A DNA stretch of 64,000 nt from Chrysomallon squamiferum (Eukaryota > Animalia > Mollusca). Positions within the stretch are counted from its first letter, which is position 1; every line of letters starts with the position of its first letter. The translations under genes and the position numbers were made by a program. Under the pieces are notes generated by a model. That model was given only the letters and a program-made list of their open reading frames with translations, searched no databases and was not told where the DNA came from. The stretch is taken from NCBI GenBank assembly GCA_012295275.1, contig CM022670.1:40610001-40674000 (forward strand). Reading direction: 5' to 3'. This document shows, piece by piece, positions 22,635 through 38,700 of the stretch.

Positions 22635-25600
22635 ATGAAGTTGATGCTGGTGTTTGGATGCCTCTTGACATTTCTGTCTGGGAATACAGGTGAAGTATAG
22701 TCTTTAACAAAATATGAACATGATATATATATATATATAGCAAGATTGTTTAAGCAGAATGAAAGTTTTAGTTTACTGTAAAGAATTATTTTTTATTACT
22801 ACATTTTTGGGTAATAAATTAACAATAAATTTTATTTACCCAATTCATGTGAAGAAGTTAATATGTGTCTGTTTGTGTGTACATGTATACATACTAAGAT
22901 TTTCTCAGCAAATTTACTTATTACACATTTGTTAATATGAATTTAATATATTCAGCTTTTGTCATATTAAATTATAAATAAGTTGGTGCTTAATAAATTC
23001 ATTATAATAAGTAATATGGCCTGACTTAATTTGATATTATGTTCATCCTTTACACCACTTTCTTATTTTATATATAATTTTCCTTTTTTTTTAAAATTTT
23101 AATTTTTTAATTTTTTAATTTTTGTTGCAAATAAATTTATTTGGTTATTTTAAAACATATAATTTTTTTCTTTTCTTTTCTTTTTTTTAAGAGTTAATGT
23201 TTATGTATTTGTCCAACAATTTTTTCATGTATTTAAAATTTATTATGAAATTCTTTCTATTGACAATTTTTACGAACTTCTAAATTTAACATTATTAATT
23301 ATATTATATTTTTTAATTCTTTTGATTATTTTTTCTCAGTTTGTTTGAATGCTTTTCTTTTTTTTCTAGTTTCATCATTAAAAACATGTAATAATACTGC
23401 AACATGGTGTAATGATTATCCATCCAGATGTAAAAGTTACCCAGTTCCTCCTGACATGATGAAAAACTGTAAAAAAACATGTCATGTATGTAACGAAGGT
23501 GAGGAATTTAATTTCTATTTATCTGTGTAATTAAGGTGAGACATTTACTATAATTTTCACTACTAGTGAAACAAATAAATGAAATGAAATATTTATATAC
23601 TATTTTCATCAGTGAAGGTAATTAAAGCTTAAACAAATTAGTTTTTTCTTACTGGATATATAATCAGGGTACCTAATTTAATAACTAATTTGTAATTGTT
23701 TATTTCTGGCAATCAAGCTATTAAATATACTTTTATTTGTAATTAATATTTCATTTGAAGTCTCTTGTTATTTTCTGATTTTACTTTAGAATCCTTATCT
23801 AGTTTCTAATTTTGTTGTATGAGTTACTTATTGGTGTTAAGCTTAAAAAAAAAAAAGTGTATTTAGTTGTTTAAAATCAGATAATTATACATATAATACT
23901 AATGAGTAATTGTGCAAATGAATTTTTAAACAAAAATAACTGAATTGTACTGTTATTGGTAGAGTAACTCATTTACTCTGAATGTACTAAACAGTACATT
24001 ATCATACAATTCCCACAGTTGACCAATATTAGTACCAATTATTATTTTTAATTTTTTTAAATTTTTGTTGTTTTTTTAGCTCATGAAATAGACCTATGAA
24101 ATCACTTTACAGCTTCATATAATCCTAACATTTTTTTAATTTTTAATTTTATAATTTGTTAATTATTTTGTCCATGGGTCATTGTTTGATTGAAATAAAT
24201 GATATTATTTATGTATACATTAGCAGACACTCTAAATCAAATAAAATGTGTTTTCTTAGACACAAGTTTGTTTCATGACAAAAACAAAAAATCTGTAGTA
24301 TTGAAAACTGGCCTTTATCTTTGTTGAAAATCAGTTAGTCGTTCACTTGTGATGAAAAAAACAACCCAAAATTCTTTTAAATATTTTCAAATTTCATTCA
24401 AACAAACCAAAACAACAACAAACAAAACCTATTTACAAATATATAAAGAATCTTAATTTCATTTCAGCAATTTTAACATTGGGTACTTATTTTTCAGATG
24501 GTACATGTGGTCTTGGTTACTATGGAGATGTCTGTTCCCCATGCAAGGATCGCTGTACCGGCTGGGACTGTGATACAGTTACAGGTTCTGAGTGTCCACA
24601 GAACTGTCCTGCTGGGAAAAGAGGAATGACATGCAGTGAAAACTGTCCTCCTGGCTGTTTGGAGTCATGTGATCGTTGGACAGACATTTGTGCTGAATGT
24701 CAGGAAGGAAAATGGGGTCTGTTCTGTAATCAGACTTGTCCTGAACAATGTAAAAACTGCAATCAAACAAATGGGAAATGTACTGAATGTAAAGAAATTA
24801 CCAGCGATCCACCTAAATGTGATAAACAAGAGATAAACTGTAACAGATGTTTAAACAATAAATGTAATGCGTCAGGAATTTGTCTGGATGGATGCATTGG
24901 ACGTTACTGGGGAGACCACTGTCAGAACTCTTGTCCCAGTGGATGTATTGATTCTGAATGTTATGCAAATGGTACTTGTACCAAAGGCTGTGTTGCTTCA
25001 TACTACGGATTAAACTGTTCAACTAAGTGTAGTTCACACTGCAAACCTGTTAAGAGTTCAAAGAAAAGACTTTGTAATCGCTATTCTGGTGAATGTACAA
25101 ATAAATGTGTTAACGGATGGTATCTTAGAAATTGCACAGAGAAATGCAGTGAAAACTGTAAAAAGAACTTGTGCTATGTTCCAAAAGGCAAGTGTAAGAG
25201 AGGCTGTAAACCTGGTTGGTTTGGAAAACAGTGTTCTAAGAGATGTCCACCTTGTAAAAATCAAACCTGTGATAGATATACTGGCAGTTGTTTTTATGGA
25301 TGTCTTGATGGTTTCCTTGGGAATTTCTGCAATTTAACCTGCAGTGAAGGATATTTTGGTGAAATGTGTAGTGAAAACTGTAGCAGTAATTGTGTGAATT
25401 CTAATTGCAGCTCTGAAACTGGATTTTGTAATGAAGGTTGCAGTCCTGGCTATTATGGTGACCACTGTAACAAAACATGTTTCTCATGTAAAGATAACAC
25501 ATGTTATCAAAACAATGGAACATGTCTCTCAGGATGTCAGCCTGGGTCCTATGGTATGAAATGTGACTTGAACTGCAGTGAAAATTGTAAACCCAGAGAT

Positions 25601-28600
25601 AATCCTGGCCGTTACATCTACTGTGACCAGACCAGTGGAAGATGCTTAGATGGGTGTGTGAGTAGTAAATATGGAGATGACTGTAGCAGATCATGTAGTG
25701 ATGCATGTGTTGGTCGTGTATGCAACCAAACATCAGGTAATTGTCTGTATGGCTGTGCTGCAGGCTGGTATAGGATCGACTGTTCCAGACGTTGTAGTAG
25801 TTTGTGTGGTTTTAACAGTCACTTTGAGAGACAGTGTAATCAGACAACTGGACATTGTCTCACTGGCTGTCAGCAGGGCTACTATGGAACTGACTGTTCT
25901 CTGGAGTGTGACAAGCGATGTTTCTATAATATTTGTGAGATGGAGTCGGGGAAGTGTGTGCAGGGATGTGTCGTGGGCTGGAAAGGTCCATACTGTAAAG
26001 AAGGTATTAGTTTATAACAAAGTCAATGTGTGGATTAACAAAATGTGTGCCCTATTGTACAGCAAAAATCTGTTTTGAATAACAAAATGCAACTGGATCA
26101 ATATCTTATTTTAATCTTTAAAACTTTAGTGAATGAAAACACAAAATGTACATTTTTATTGTTTAAATGAAATATTAAATATTTATTATTAACAGTAATT
26201 AGTACCTAGGATCAAAAAATACAGTAAACTGGTCATTTACAAAATATGTACAGGCCAGTTATTTTATATATACATATATAAATCACTGAATATTTAAATA
26301 TACCTTGATTAATTGTCAGAAGAATTAATTAACAGATTGTATTGATTACAAACAATAGTAGTATCATTGTGTTTTAATCATATCTTCTTAATCAGAATGT
26401 TCACATGGATATTATGGTCAGAACTGCAAGCTGACTTGTGGTCACTGCACTGACCAACTCACTTGTGATCGATTCACTGGGAAATGTCCTAAAGATGTGT
26501 GTGCTGCTGGCTTCACTGGAATTTACTGCAATCGTATGTATATGAAAAATATCTTTTAATTTGGTTAATATCTTGCTTGGAAATATAGATATTTTAAGTA
26601 TGTATATTTATATATACATACACTCAAAGATACATACACATGTATATACTGTGTGCTCTCAAATGCATAAATATATGTGTGTACATGCATAGGCACACAC
26701 ACATACATATACACAAATACACATATCCATACACATACAAACATACATACATATAAAATGATTGTTTTCTGAATAATATACTTTCACTTTGTCTGAAATG
26801 TTAATGACTTAACTGAATTGGTATATATTCCAAAATCTGAGATCCAAAACACATTTGGTCCCAATCATTTTAGATAACGTATTCTCAACATGTATTAATA
26901 CTTTGTAACAATGATTGTCTATAAGATATGGAATGTTGAATGAATAGAAGCATTAAAAATCACAATGCTGAGGATTTAACTTGATTTGATCTCTGCCTTA
27001 AAAATATATTTGAGAAAACACTTTACAGTTAATGTGTTTTTTGTTTGTTTTGTGTTTAGAAGCTGTTTCTGAGCTACAGACATCATCAGACAAAATTATG
27101 ATGATTTCTGTGATAGCTGTTGCAGCTGCTGTCTTTGTTTTCATTGTTGCTGTCATTGTTACCCTTGTGTATAGAAGGTAAAAAAGAAAGAGAAAAATAC
27201 ATGTGTTTTTCAATGTTGTAATCATGTGTTAAATTACCATTATTTAATATCTAATATTGTAGTTAATATCTGTTATGTTACTTATTGTATGTTGGTTGTA
27301 AAATTTCCTTTAAAGAAACGACCTTTTTGTTAATTTCGTTGTAATAGTTATGTGATTTTGGAATTATTATTACACAAAAATGGGTTAATAATTTTATCAT
27401 CTGTGGAGATAAATTATTGAAATTATTTTTCAGACAAAAAGCCAATGCAAACCGTCCACGAAATGATGAATATGACATGATTTCTAATTCAACCCATGAC
27501 ACAGGTTTTGATGTATTTACTGTAATAGCAAGAACATTATTATTATTATTATTATTATTATTATCATTATGATTATTATTATTATTATTATTTTGATGTA
27601 TTTACTGTAATAGCAACAACATTATTATTATTACTATTATTATTACCATATTATTATTATTATTATTATTATCATGATCATCATTATCATTATCACTTAT
27701 CATTATCATCATCATTATTATCACTATCATTATCATCACATCATTATTATTATTATGTTTTTTATTACATTTTTTATTGTTACCTTATCAGTACATAATT
27801 ATTGACAAAAACAGTTGTGACAACAACATTCATGAGACTAGTGATAATAATAATAATAATAATTATTATTATTGTTGTTGTCTGATCAGCAATACATTAT
27901 GTAACAGTTTTTGTTTATTACTAAAGAATATCCAATATATATATATACTGACATTATTAAAAAATAAAAAATAGAAATTTTAATAACTTAATTTTCTTAG
28001 GGTTGAAAATAACTAGAAGGAAGGGTTGGAAAAAGGCTGTAAGAAGGAAAAAGAAAGAAGTAAATGGAATGAGTGCTGAAGGAGCAGCTAAGGGTGTGAA
28101 CTCTGCAGAAGAATGTGAGTCGCTGTTAGCAGAAGACACAGTCATTAAACTGTCCAATCTCTGGAACCATGTTCAGCACATGAAGAACAAAGATTTGTTC
28201 ACAAAGCAGTTTGAGGTGTGCACATTCAAACACATAAACATATCGAACATGAATTATTCTTTTGCGTCACTACACGGTCTGATTTCATACATATCTTCTT
28301 TTTTTTTAATGATTTTTTACTTAAATACACAAGTATCCTTTTATATGTTGTAATGACAATTTGCCAGAGTATCCATTTAAAATTAAAAACTTTAAATATT
28401 TAAAAGTTTCAAACCAATTTAATGCATAACCTTTTTTTTTTCTTTTGAGTTAATATTTAAAATATTTCCATATGAAACATCATTAACATGTCAATTTTTG
28501 GGGATATTTTTATTATTGTTAGTGTTATTATTATTATTATTATTCATTAAACCATCCACTGTCATTATTTCTCAGACTCTTGCAATATCAATTTACATAA

Positions 28601-31600
28601 TATTATTTGAATTTATTTAGATAATTATTTGCATTTTTCTCTTTTCAATTTGTCAAATGGCAGTTTGAGTTTTTTCTTAAGATTAAAAATAACATGACAT
28701 TGTTATTGATTCATTTCTTTTCAAAATTCAGAAATTGCCTTCAGGCCTTATCGAGTCATGCAACATTGCTATGAAGCCAGCAAACAGAGTGAAGAACAGA
28801 TACAGAAATATATGTGCTTGTAAGTAATTTAATCAGTAAATTTGTACGTGTCTCAGAATGTTCAGTGGAATTTTTATTATCTGTGCACGTAACGTGAAGA
28901 TTGCTCTAAATATATTAAACTGATATCTCTAAAGTTCATTCTTTTATTCTTTTATTAATAATTTAAAATAAAAATGATGTATAAATTGTTAAACAGTTAC
29001 TGAATTATAATAATAATAATAATAATAATAATAAAATAATCATGGTAAAAAAATTTTGTTTTAATAAATGATTGTATTCTTAGAAAAATTAAAAAAAATT
29101 TAGTTCTATGTAAAGTATATTTTTAGATAACTCTATAACTAATCATTCTAAACAACAGTTATATAATAATTTAAAATGAATGGATTTCATAATAGCTTAA
29201 TATGATTGAAATGTAAATACTAGTTACTGTATTGTTATCAGAAAAATGTGCTTTTCAGATTGTCCTAAAGAATATTGTGCGGCATTCAAATATCAGTATC
29301 AAAACTTTTCTAAAATTATATAAAGTTACTGTTTTAGAGATGTAAAGAAGATTAAAATAAATAAAAGATTTAAAAAAATTAGTTCCAGAGAGATAAGGAA
29401 AAACAAATGGTGTCTTGACCTTTCTGTATCTGAACTCAGAATGAGAATTAGGTAATAACTTAAAATGCTAGGACTGTGTAACACCTCAGTTTGACAGACA
29501 GTTAGGTAATGATGTGGTATGACTAGGATTATTTAAAGACATGGTAGTGTTGAGATTAGATAGGAAGAGAATATGTCTGGAATTGACAGTGATATAATGA
29601 TTGGAATTTAATGATGACTCGGATTACTTAAAATCATTGAAATTTAAAGCTTTATTAAGCATCTTAATCTGTTATTACTTGTTCAGTTTGTGAATTACAT
29701 TGATACCTGTTCATGAGAATAAGCATTTTAAAAATATTTTATAAAAATAATAATTTGGTTTCAGATGATAATTCCAGGGTTATTCTACAATGCGAACCTG
29801 ATGATCCTGATTCTGACTATATTAATGCTTGTTATATAGATGTGAGTATAAAATACATAGCACATATTTATATCTGAACACCTGCATGATATATTGTGTA
29901 TGTATGTGTCTGTATGTGTCTGTATGTGTGAATGAGTGGAATACATTGAATCAAGTCACTGAATACATTTTAAAATGCTATCTATTGTGTTTTTACTACT
30001 AAAACTAAAACATTTTTTTTGCAGGGTTTCAGAATTCAGAAACAGTACATAGCCTCTCAAGGTAAAATAATAAAGTTTATATAATCTGTCTCTATCTCTC
30101 TCTCCTTCCATTCATCCATCCTTCTACATTTCAGTGATTTTTTTAATGCAGTTCTGAATGTCTTCGTAGTTCAGACAAATGGGAAAACATATATGATCGC
30201 ATTTTCAGTATTTATTCATATTTACTTATTTAGTTGTTTTTTTTAGTTTGTTTGTTATTAAACAAGGAATGTTATCTATTTATTAGTGTAATTTTGTTTT
30301 GATATTTTAGCACAACCCTGCAAACATTTGTGAAATTTAAATATGGTGTGCGAAAAATTTGTTTTTCTGTTTTCAAAAACAGTTTAATTATATTAGAAAT
30401 TTTCAAAGATGTTTATTAAATACTTTAAAAAAAAAAAAAAAAATAAGAATGAAAGGGAAAAAAAGGAAAAATAACAACAGTATTAATCAAAACAAAATTC
30501 TTTCCTATTACTAATACTCCATAAGCAATCTTGTTTTGTATTTATTTTATTATATTGGGTTTTGTCTGAAATAATAATCATGTGTCTGTACATTAAACAG
30601 TGTTTGCTGTATGGGCTTGCATTAGTGTTTGTTTTGTTTATTTTTGCATGTAGGCCCAGTGGATGGCAACCTGAATGATTTCTGGAGAATGATTTGGCAA
30701 CAAAAAACTTCTAAAATTGTCATGTTGACAAATCTAGTGGAAGAAGGACGAGTATGGAATATATACATATGCATATTTAAGTAAATTTAAAATTTGAAAA
30801 TAATAAATGTATGTATTTTGTATACAGTATAATGATATTTAATATTTGAATATAATATAATGTATATGAGTGGGAGAATAATGTAAATTTATATTTAGCT
30901 TTTAATGTTTTGATAAATGTAAAATAAATGTGAATTCATTAATGATCAGATTAATTTAAATCTCTTATTGGTTAGATAAATAGAAAATAACTAATAACAT
31001 TTAGATAAATATGAATTAACAGATGTTTATTAAATAAAATTCAAAATATTTAGTTAAATTTAAAAATATACAAGACTGAAAAGATGAAATTAGCTTTTTA
31101 TATCAAAAAATTTCCTTTTAATGTTTAGCTAAATGTTAAATGGCTTAATATTCAGATAAATGTGAAATTGCTATTAATATTTAGTTTATACTAATGAAAG
31201 TAACAAAAAAAACATGTTAGTGTTGAGACATGCAGTTTTAAAATATATGTAAACTAACTTGCGTTGTTGAGATACATACAAGCATTGTTTGTATTTAGTT
31301 TCAATTTAGTGGTAGCAATTGTATCTAACAAAATAACACACTAGACATGCAATGACAGAAACTGGAAAATATCCAGAGTTACTCAGTTACCAGGATCAAA
31401 TAACAGTGTAATCTTATACATAAAAATATTTGAGGCTGTCCCAAGCCACCACTTAAATTTGATCAATAACTGAGAACACATGAAACCACTAAAATAAACT
31501 CATATATAATCAGCTAATGTACTAACCTGAAAGTAACAGTCAATTAACAGTTCAAACCTTCTGAATTGCGTCCAGAATAGTTATGATTTGTTTTTGAAAC

Positions 31601-32323
31601 TATTAATGTTTACTAGTCAATAACAGAAATAATTTTTCTGCTTTCAGCTTGAACTAATGTTAACATTACTGTGTTACTTGTAAGTTTATCATGGTGTACT
31701 GTCAAATAGGAAGCTTTACTTTATTATTAATATATTTTTTTTTATTTCCAAAAATGTTTTGACTTTCTGAATTACTATTTTTAATTTTTTTTAAAGTTTA
31801 TTTTTATGATGTGTTACTTTAGAAAAATTGTTATATTTATTAATTCTTAATTTTATTTATTATGACGTTATTTGTTCTCAATGAAAATTATTTTTATAAA
31901 TTACCTGCATTTTTTCTTCAAATATACATGTATTAATGTTATTACTATTTATTATTATTATATTATTATTATTATTATTAGTTATTGTTATTATTGTTAT
32001 TATTTATAACTAATTTATTATTATTATTATTGTTACTTATTACTGTTATTTATTTTTATTATTGTTATTATTATTAATATTATGATTATTATTTATTACT
32101 GTTATTTATTATTGTTACTATTATTATTGTGATGATGACTAAATTTTAAAAAAAACCTGTTTTGGCAGATCAAGTGTATTACTTACTGGCCAGAGTTAGA
32201 TGACGAGTCAGTTAAATATGGACAGTTGGAGGTGAAATGTATTTCTGTAGATGTCCTCGCACACTTCACAATTCGAACATTTAAAATTCATTCCATCACT
32301 GAGGTTTGCTTCCTTTAAATACC

Positions 32324-32374
<51 letters not shown>

Positions 32375-32709
32375 ACATACACACACACACATATGTATGT
32401 AAATGTATCTATGTATATATGTGAAAATGGATATATTGATGTACATGTTTCACTGTAAGTGTGTTTGTGTGTGTGTAGATGTGTTATATGCATTTATTGT
32501 ACATTTTATAAATGCTTTTTTCTGTTTTTTGAAGTAATAAGTTAGAAGTTCTAAAAAGAAATCCATATGTGGATCTGTTTTGTTTGAATATTTTAGCAAA
32601 AATTGTTTATAAATCTGTGTCATGTGAAATTAGAGATTTGTCACAATATTCGTCATGTTCAACATATTAATTACATTACTACATTTTTTTTCTTTCAATC
32701 AGTGCTGGC

Positions 32710-32745
<36 letters not shown>

Positions 32746-35700
32746 ATATATATATATACTGCAGGTCTGTAGTTGAGATACGATGAGGTGTTTGTTAAAA
32801 GAAAAATGTATTAATTTATTAATTATTCTGCTAAATACTTAATAATAATAAAAAAGTATAATTAATCATTTAAATTATTTTTAATTTGTGCAGAACTCAC
32901 CTTCTCGACTGGTCAAACATTTTCACTACACATCGTGGCCTGACCGTGGAGTTCCGACAGATGTTGCTTCATTAGTCGAGTTCTATTTCAGAGTGGTCAA
33001 AACACAAGAAGAGTGTCAAAGTCCTCTTGTTGTTCACTGCAGGTAACTGTTATTGTACAGTTTCTGAGGATAAGATGGCTCAAAACATGTATACCAGCCC
33101 TATATTTCAACAAAAGTGATATTTGTTATTTTATCACACTTTATGTTATTTAATGTTTAATCTCATTTCAGTGCTGGCATTGGGAGAACAGGGACATTTC
33201 TTGCACTGAGTTATCTGTACGAAGCTTCTAAACATCAAGATTTTGTGAATATTTTTCAGTGTGTTAGCAACATGAGACATCAAAGAGTTAACATGGTCCA
33301 AACAGTGGTATGTGTGCTACGTCTGAAAATTAACCACACTTTTTCACTCTGGCTTATTAGAAATTTAACTGCTGACTTTCTTGAGGAATAATTATGAACA
33401 GTTAACTTTTATGTAGTGTTTTGCTTAATGACTTTGCTATGTAATGTTTGATGAGACCAGTGTAAGTGAACTGGGTCAGTGATACAGATAAGTGTGGACA
33501 TTTTTGAAACTATATATGAATAATGGTTGTCATTCTACTTTGAAACAATGAACTATCCTTGCATAAGTCTGAATAATGCCCAACTAAATTATAGAATGTT
33601 TTAAATAAATCATTTACTTACCGTCATCTTAATCATTTTGAAACTGGTCTTAAGGAAATAGTTTGACACACGCCCTCCCAAAAATAAAAAAATGAAATGA
33701 ACCCAAATTCACACAGTTTTAAATTATAAGTATTATTAATGCTTAATTATCTTAACAAACAGAAGAATTAAAGATTATTAAAATCATATTTGATGTTTCT
33801 AACATTAACTAAGTTCTCATGTTTTTTTGTCACAGGAACAGTATGAGTTCTTACATGATGCTCTTGTTGAAGCAATCCTGGCTGGTGACACAACAGTGTC
33901 ATCCCTTGATTTCTTACCAAACTTTGAAAAACTGCAGTCTGTTAACCCAGTGACTGGTGTTGTTAGACTCAGGGAACAGTTTGAGGTTGGTTGCTAAATT
34001 CAATTTTTATATCGGCAGTTTATCTTACTTCGGTTTTGTTTTATTTGTTTATTTATTTCCTTATTTATAACTTGCTTGTTTACATACCTACATATATGCC
34101 TGCCTGCCCACCTACTTCTTGACCTACATACCTACCTACCTACATCTACCTACTTATCTACCTGACTGACTTATTTATTTATTATTTATTATCATTAAAA
34201 ATTTCACATAAAATGCTCCAATATATTGTCTTTCTGAAGCTGCATATGTTTATTTAATTTTTTTTTACAATAAATAAAAATAAAAATTTCCAATTTATTG
34301 CCTTTTTTGTTTTTTTACTAATTTCAGAAATATATTTTTTATAAAAAAAAGATAAATAAAATAATACAAAAAAATAAAATAATCAAAATTACATACAAAA
34401 AAATAAAATAATCAAAATTACACACAAAATACAACAACAAAAGAAACTCAAATGTATTTGAGACCGGTATGATATCACACTTATTTTAAGATCATTTATC
34501 ACGTTAGATATATAATTTCAGAGCAGCCTGTAATAATGGCAGATAACTAGCATTAACATTCTTTTGATATATCATCATGTAAACTGTGTCATTAATTATA
34601 TACTATTTTAATACATAATACTGTCTAAGTTATTATATTCTATTTTATTATATAATACTGTGTTATTTATTACATTCTATTTTAATAGATAATACTGTAT
34701 TATTTTAACAGCTTCTGAATAAAGTGAGCCCTACAGACAGTCTAGAGGAATATTCTGCAGCCAGGCTCCCTGATAATACACAGCTAGGAACAGATTTAAT
34801 GACATCCTTGCATGTGAGTGTGTTTTTCATGTAAATGTTTTGGTTTTTTTTTTTCTCTAGATATGAATTGGGTAGATAAACTGTGAAAAAAAAAAAAATA
34901 TAATAATAATAATAAGAAGAAGAAGAAGAAGAAGAAAAAAAAATAAAAATGCTGTAAAATTGCCATTTTCGAGTCTTTCCACATTTACTCCTAGCCAGAA
35001 CAAGTGAAAAGCCTGTGATTTACTCATATTTGTTTGTTTGCTTTCATCTTAAGTAAGACATCAACACCTTTGCTGTTATATTTATCTCTGTGACACACAC
35101 AGTTATATTAGTGTCTCATTAGGAAAGGTATATAAAATAGATTGAAGATAGATAGATTAAAACAAAAACATTTTTACATTAAGTTATTGTCTTTGTTATT
35201 AACAAAGTTTAGTTTACATCATTTCAGCCACATGTCACATTTATACAGTTTTGTCACAGAAAAATAATTACATAATGCATTTAGCCGATGTTTTTAACTC
35301 TTGGCAACACTTTAAATGTGAAAATTATAAAGTGATTTTGTTTTCACAATAATGTTAAAGTGAATTGTGCTAATTTCTTTTCAGCTAATTACTACCGGCC
35401 ATACTTGTCCACTCCAGTAGAAGGTGGTACAGATTATATTAATGCTGTTGTATTACCTGTATGTATGTTTACTGCATATCTGAATACTCCATAAATATAA
35501 TTTAATGGATTTGTTTAAAATATAATTAAATTAGTAATGAAATATTATATCTATATATATTTTGTAATTATTTAATAGATACTAGAAATGTATATAAAAA
35601 TGATTTAATCAATACTGAAATAACATGTATGAATATAACCGAATAGATATTCGAATATCATGTATAAATATAATTGAATAGGTGCAGGAATATCATGTAT

Positions 35701-38700
35701 AAATATATTTGAATAAATACTGAAATGTGTATAAATGTAATTTAATAGACACTGGAATCATACATAAATAGAATTTAATCCACGCTGAAATATCATGTAT
35801 GAATATATTGAATAGATACTGGAATATCATGTATCAGTATAATTTAATTGATACTGAAATATCATTTATAAATATAATTTAATTGATACTGGAATATCAT
35901 GTATAAACATAATTGAATAGATACTGAAATGTATGAATATACTGAATAGATACTGGAATATCATGTATCTGTATAATTTAATTGATACTGGAATATCATG
36001 TATCAGTATAATTTAATTGATACTGAAATATCATTTATAAATATACCTGAATAGATACTGGAATATCATGTATAAACATAATTGAATAGATACTGAAATA
36101 TCATTTATAAATATACCTGAATAGATACTGGAATATCATGTATAAACATAATTGAATAGATACTGAAATGTATGAATATACTGAATAGATACTGGAATAT
36201 CATGTATCTGTATAATTTAATTGATACTGGAATATCATGTATCTGTATAATTTAATTGATACTGGAATATCATGTATCAGTATAATTTAATTGATACTGG
36301 AATATCATGTATATAGTATAATTTAATTGATACTGGAATATCATGTATAAATATAATTTAACAGATACTGAAATTTTTAAAATTTAATAGATACTGGAAT
36401 ATCATGTATAAATATAATTTAATAATAGATACTGAAATATCATTTATAAAGATATAATATCCTGAATAGATACTGGAATATCATGTAATATAATTTAATT
36501 GTATAAATCATGTAATATAATTTAATAGATATTGGAATATCATGTATAAATATAATTTAATAGATACTGGAATATCATATATATATATATATAATTAAAT
36601 GGAAAAAATATATATTATCCAGTTTGTCCTTTGGTATATATAGAAATACCATGTATGAATATAATGTATACTGGAATATCATGTATAGATATAATTTAAT
36701 ATATACTGGAATATCATTTATAAATATAATTTAATAGTTACTGAAATATCATGTACGATATAATTTAATAGATACTGGAATATCATGTATAGATATAATT
36801 TAATATAGTCTCGTTTGACCTTTACGACTAAAATTGGTGCATGTCAAGAATTTCACTCATTGTTTTTATACAGGCTTACAGGAACAAACACATGTTTCTG
36901 CTCACGCAGATGCCATTGAAGAATACAGTGGTTGACTTCTGGAGAATGATTTACGAGAGTAATTCTAACACAATAGTCATGTTAAACAGCGTCACTCAGC
37001 AAAGTCAGGTAAACATGGTTTAGCAAATTTATTAAATTTGAACAATTCTTTTAAACGATTATATGTCTATTTGTCATGCATATATGTGTATACCAGTCAA
37101 CAAAAATTCTGATGTGCAAATGAACGTTATTAGTTAAACTTTTCAAGTAAATGTTTTTTTCCTTAATCAGAATTTTTCATAGTAGTTAGGCTTACTGTAG
37201 TTTATGTTATGTTATGTTATGTTATGTTTTGTTGTGGTATGCTATAGTCTTCTGTGCAGTCCACTGCATGTATATGTGTGTGTGTTAGTGGCTAGTTCAT
37301 AGTTATCTGTTGTTCTTATTTTAGCATTTATGTATTTGATCAACCTGTTTAAACAATATACACACCCACAGATGACATCCATGAGAAAGACTGTAAATAT
37401 CATTTCTTATCAATTCACAATTTGTTTATTTTTGTTAAAACCATGTCATTTATTAGATGTCATTTCATTTATGGTGATTATTTTTCTGTTTTCTTTTGTT
37501 TCTTTCTACTGATTAACAAAAGTAAACAGCTGGATAGTGGCATTTAATTTCTCTCGCAGACCATCATTAGACAAAAACTAACATTTAACAAAAAGCCTCT
37601 ATCAATAAAATCACTTTGACCTTTTGTTGTGAATATTTTATTTCACTTAATTTTACTAGTCTTTACAGAGTATTGGAATCTACTGGCCAAGTATGGAGTC
37701 AGTCATCAGATTCGGTCCATTCGAAATAGAAAAGCTGCAGCACGAATCTCTGGACTTTTTCAACATCATCACTTTGTCTCTGAAAAACTGGAAGCATGAT
37801 CTAGTAAGCTGTGTCTCTTTAATAAATGTATAATCTGCTGAAAACTAATTAGTATTAGATATCATTAGTGTAAACAGATAGTTAATTTTAATCACGTGAT
37901 ATCTTATTTTTTTTTTTTCATCATTATTAATTTGTTTATTTTTAATCTGTTGTTATTGCAGAACGGTGAAAAGAAAGAAATTAAGCTGTTCCAGTGTGTG
38001 TTCTGGCCTCATGGTCACATTGTTCCAATGTCAGCTGTTCCTTTGTTTACACTAATGGAGCATGTTGAGAAACAACCTTCAAATGGACCAGTCACAGTTC
38101 ACTGCATGTAAGTCTAAATTCTCCATTCAAAAATAGTTAACATCACACAAGAAGCAAATACTAGTATAGTTATAAATTTGTCATGACTATTTGTATTATC
38201 CTGTCCTTGGGATGGTACATATAAAAGATCCCTTGTTGCTAATGGAAATAATAGTCTGTAGAGCTTTGCAGGTTTCCCCTTGTTATCTGAATTATCCTTA
38301 ATGCCATATCTCCAGTGGCAAATAGCTATGATTTAGCTGTATCATCTCTATCATTAAATTGAACATTTCCTTTCATAGACTGTATTTGTTTTATTGTTGT
38401 CAGTTTTATTTTTTATATATATATAAAGTTAAATTTTTTGTTATAACATTTCTCACTAACATTACTCAGTGTAACATAAGTAAAGGATTTTAGAATAAGT
38501 AACATTGAATTAAAACCAAAGTAGTACAGAAATATGTATAGTTAACACAAAACACTGACAAAGACTTAAATAATTGTACTTCCTATTTCATGTTCTAGTC
38601 AGTAATGTCTGCATCACTGGTTATCAAAGTTTATAATGTTTTTTCTGTGTTTAACAGTAATTTCTTATTACAGATATTTCTTCAAAATTTGTTGTTGCCA

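Noticed and set aside
29295-30580. Copy-2-specific intronic blocks (~29295-29747, ~30193-30578) as transposons
   Set aside because: No convincing terminal inverted repeats or target-site duplications; could equally be deletions in copy 1.
35570-36810. ~35-bp periodic repeats superficially like a CRISPR array
   Set aside because: No unique spacers, degenerate tandem units, eukaryotic intron, no cas genes.
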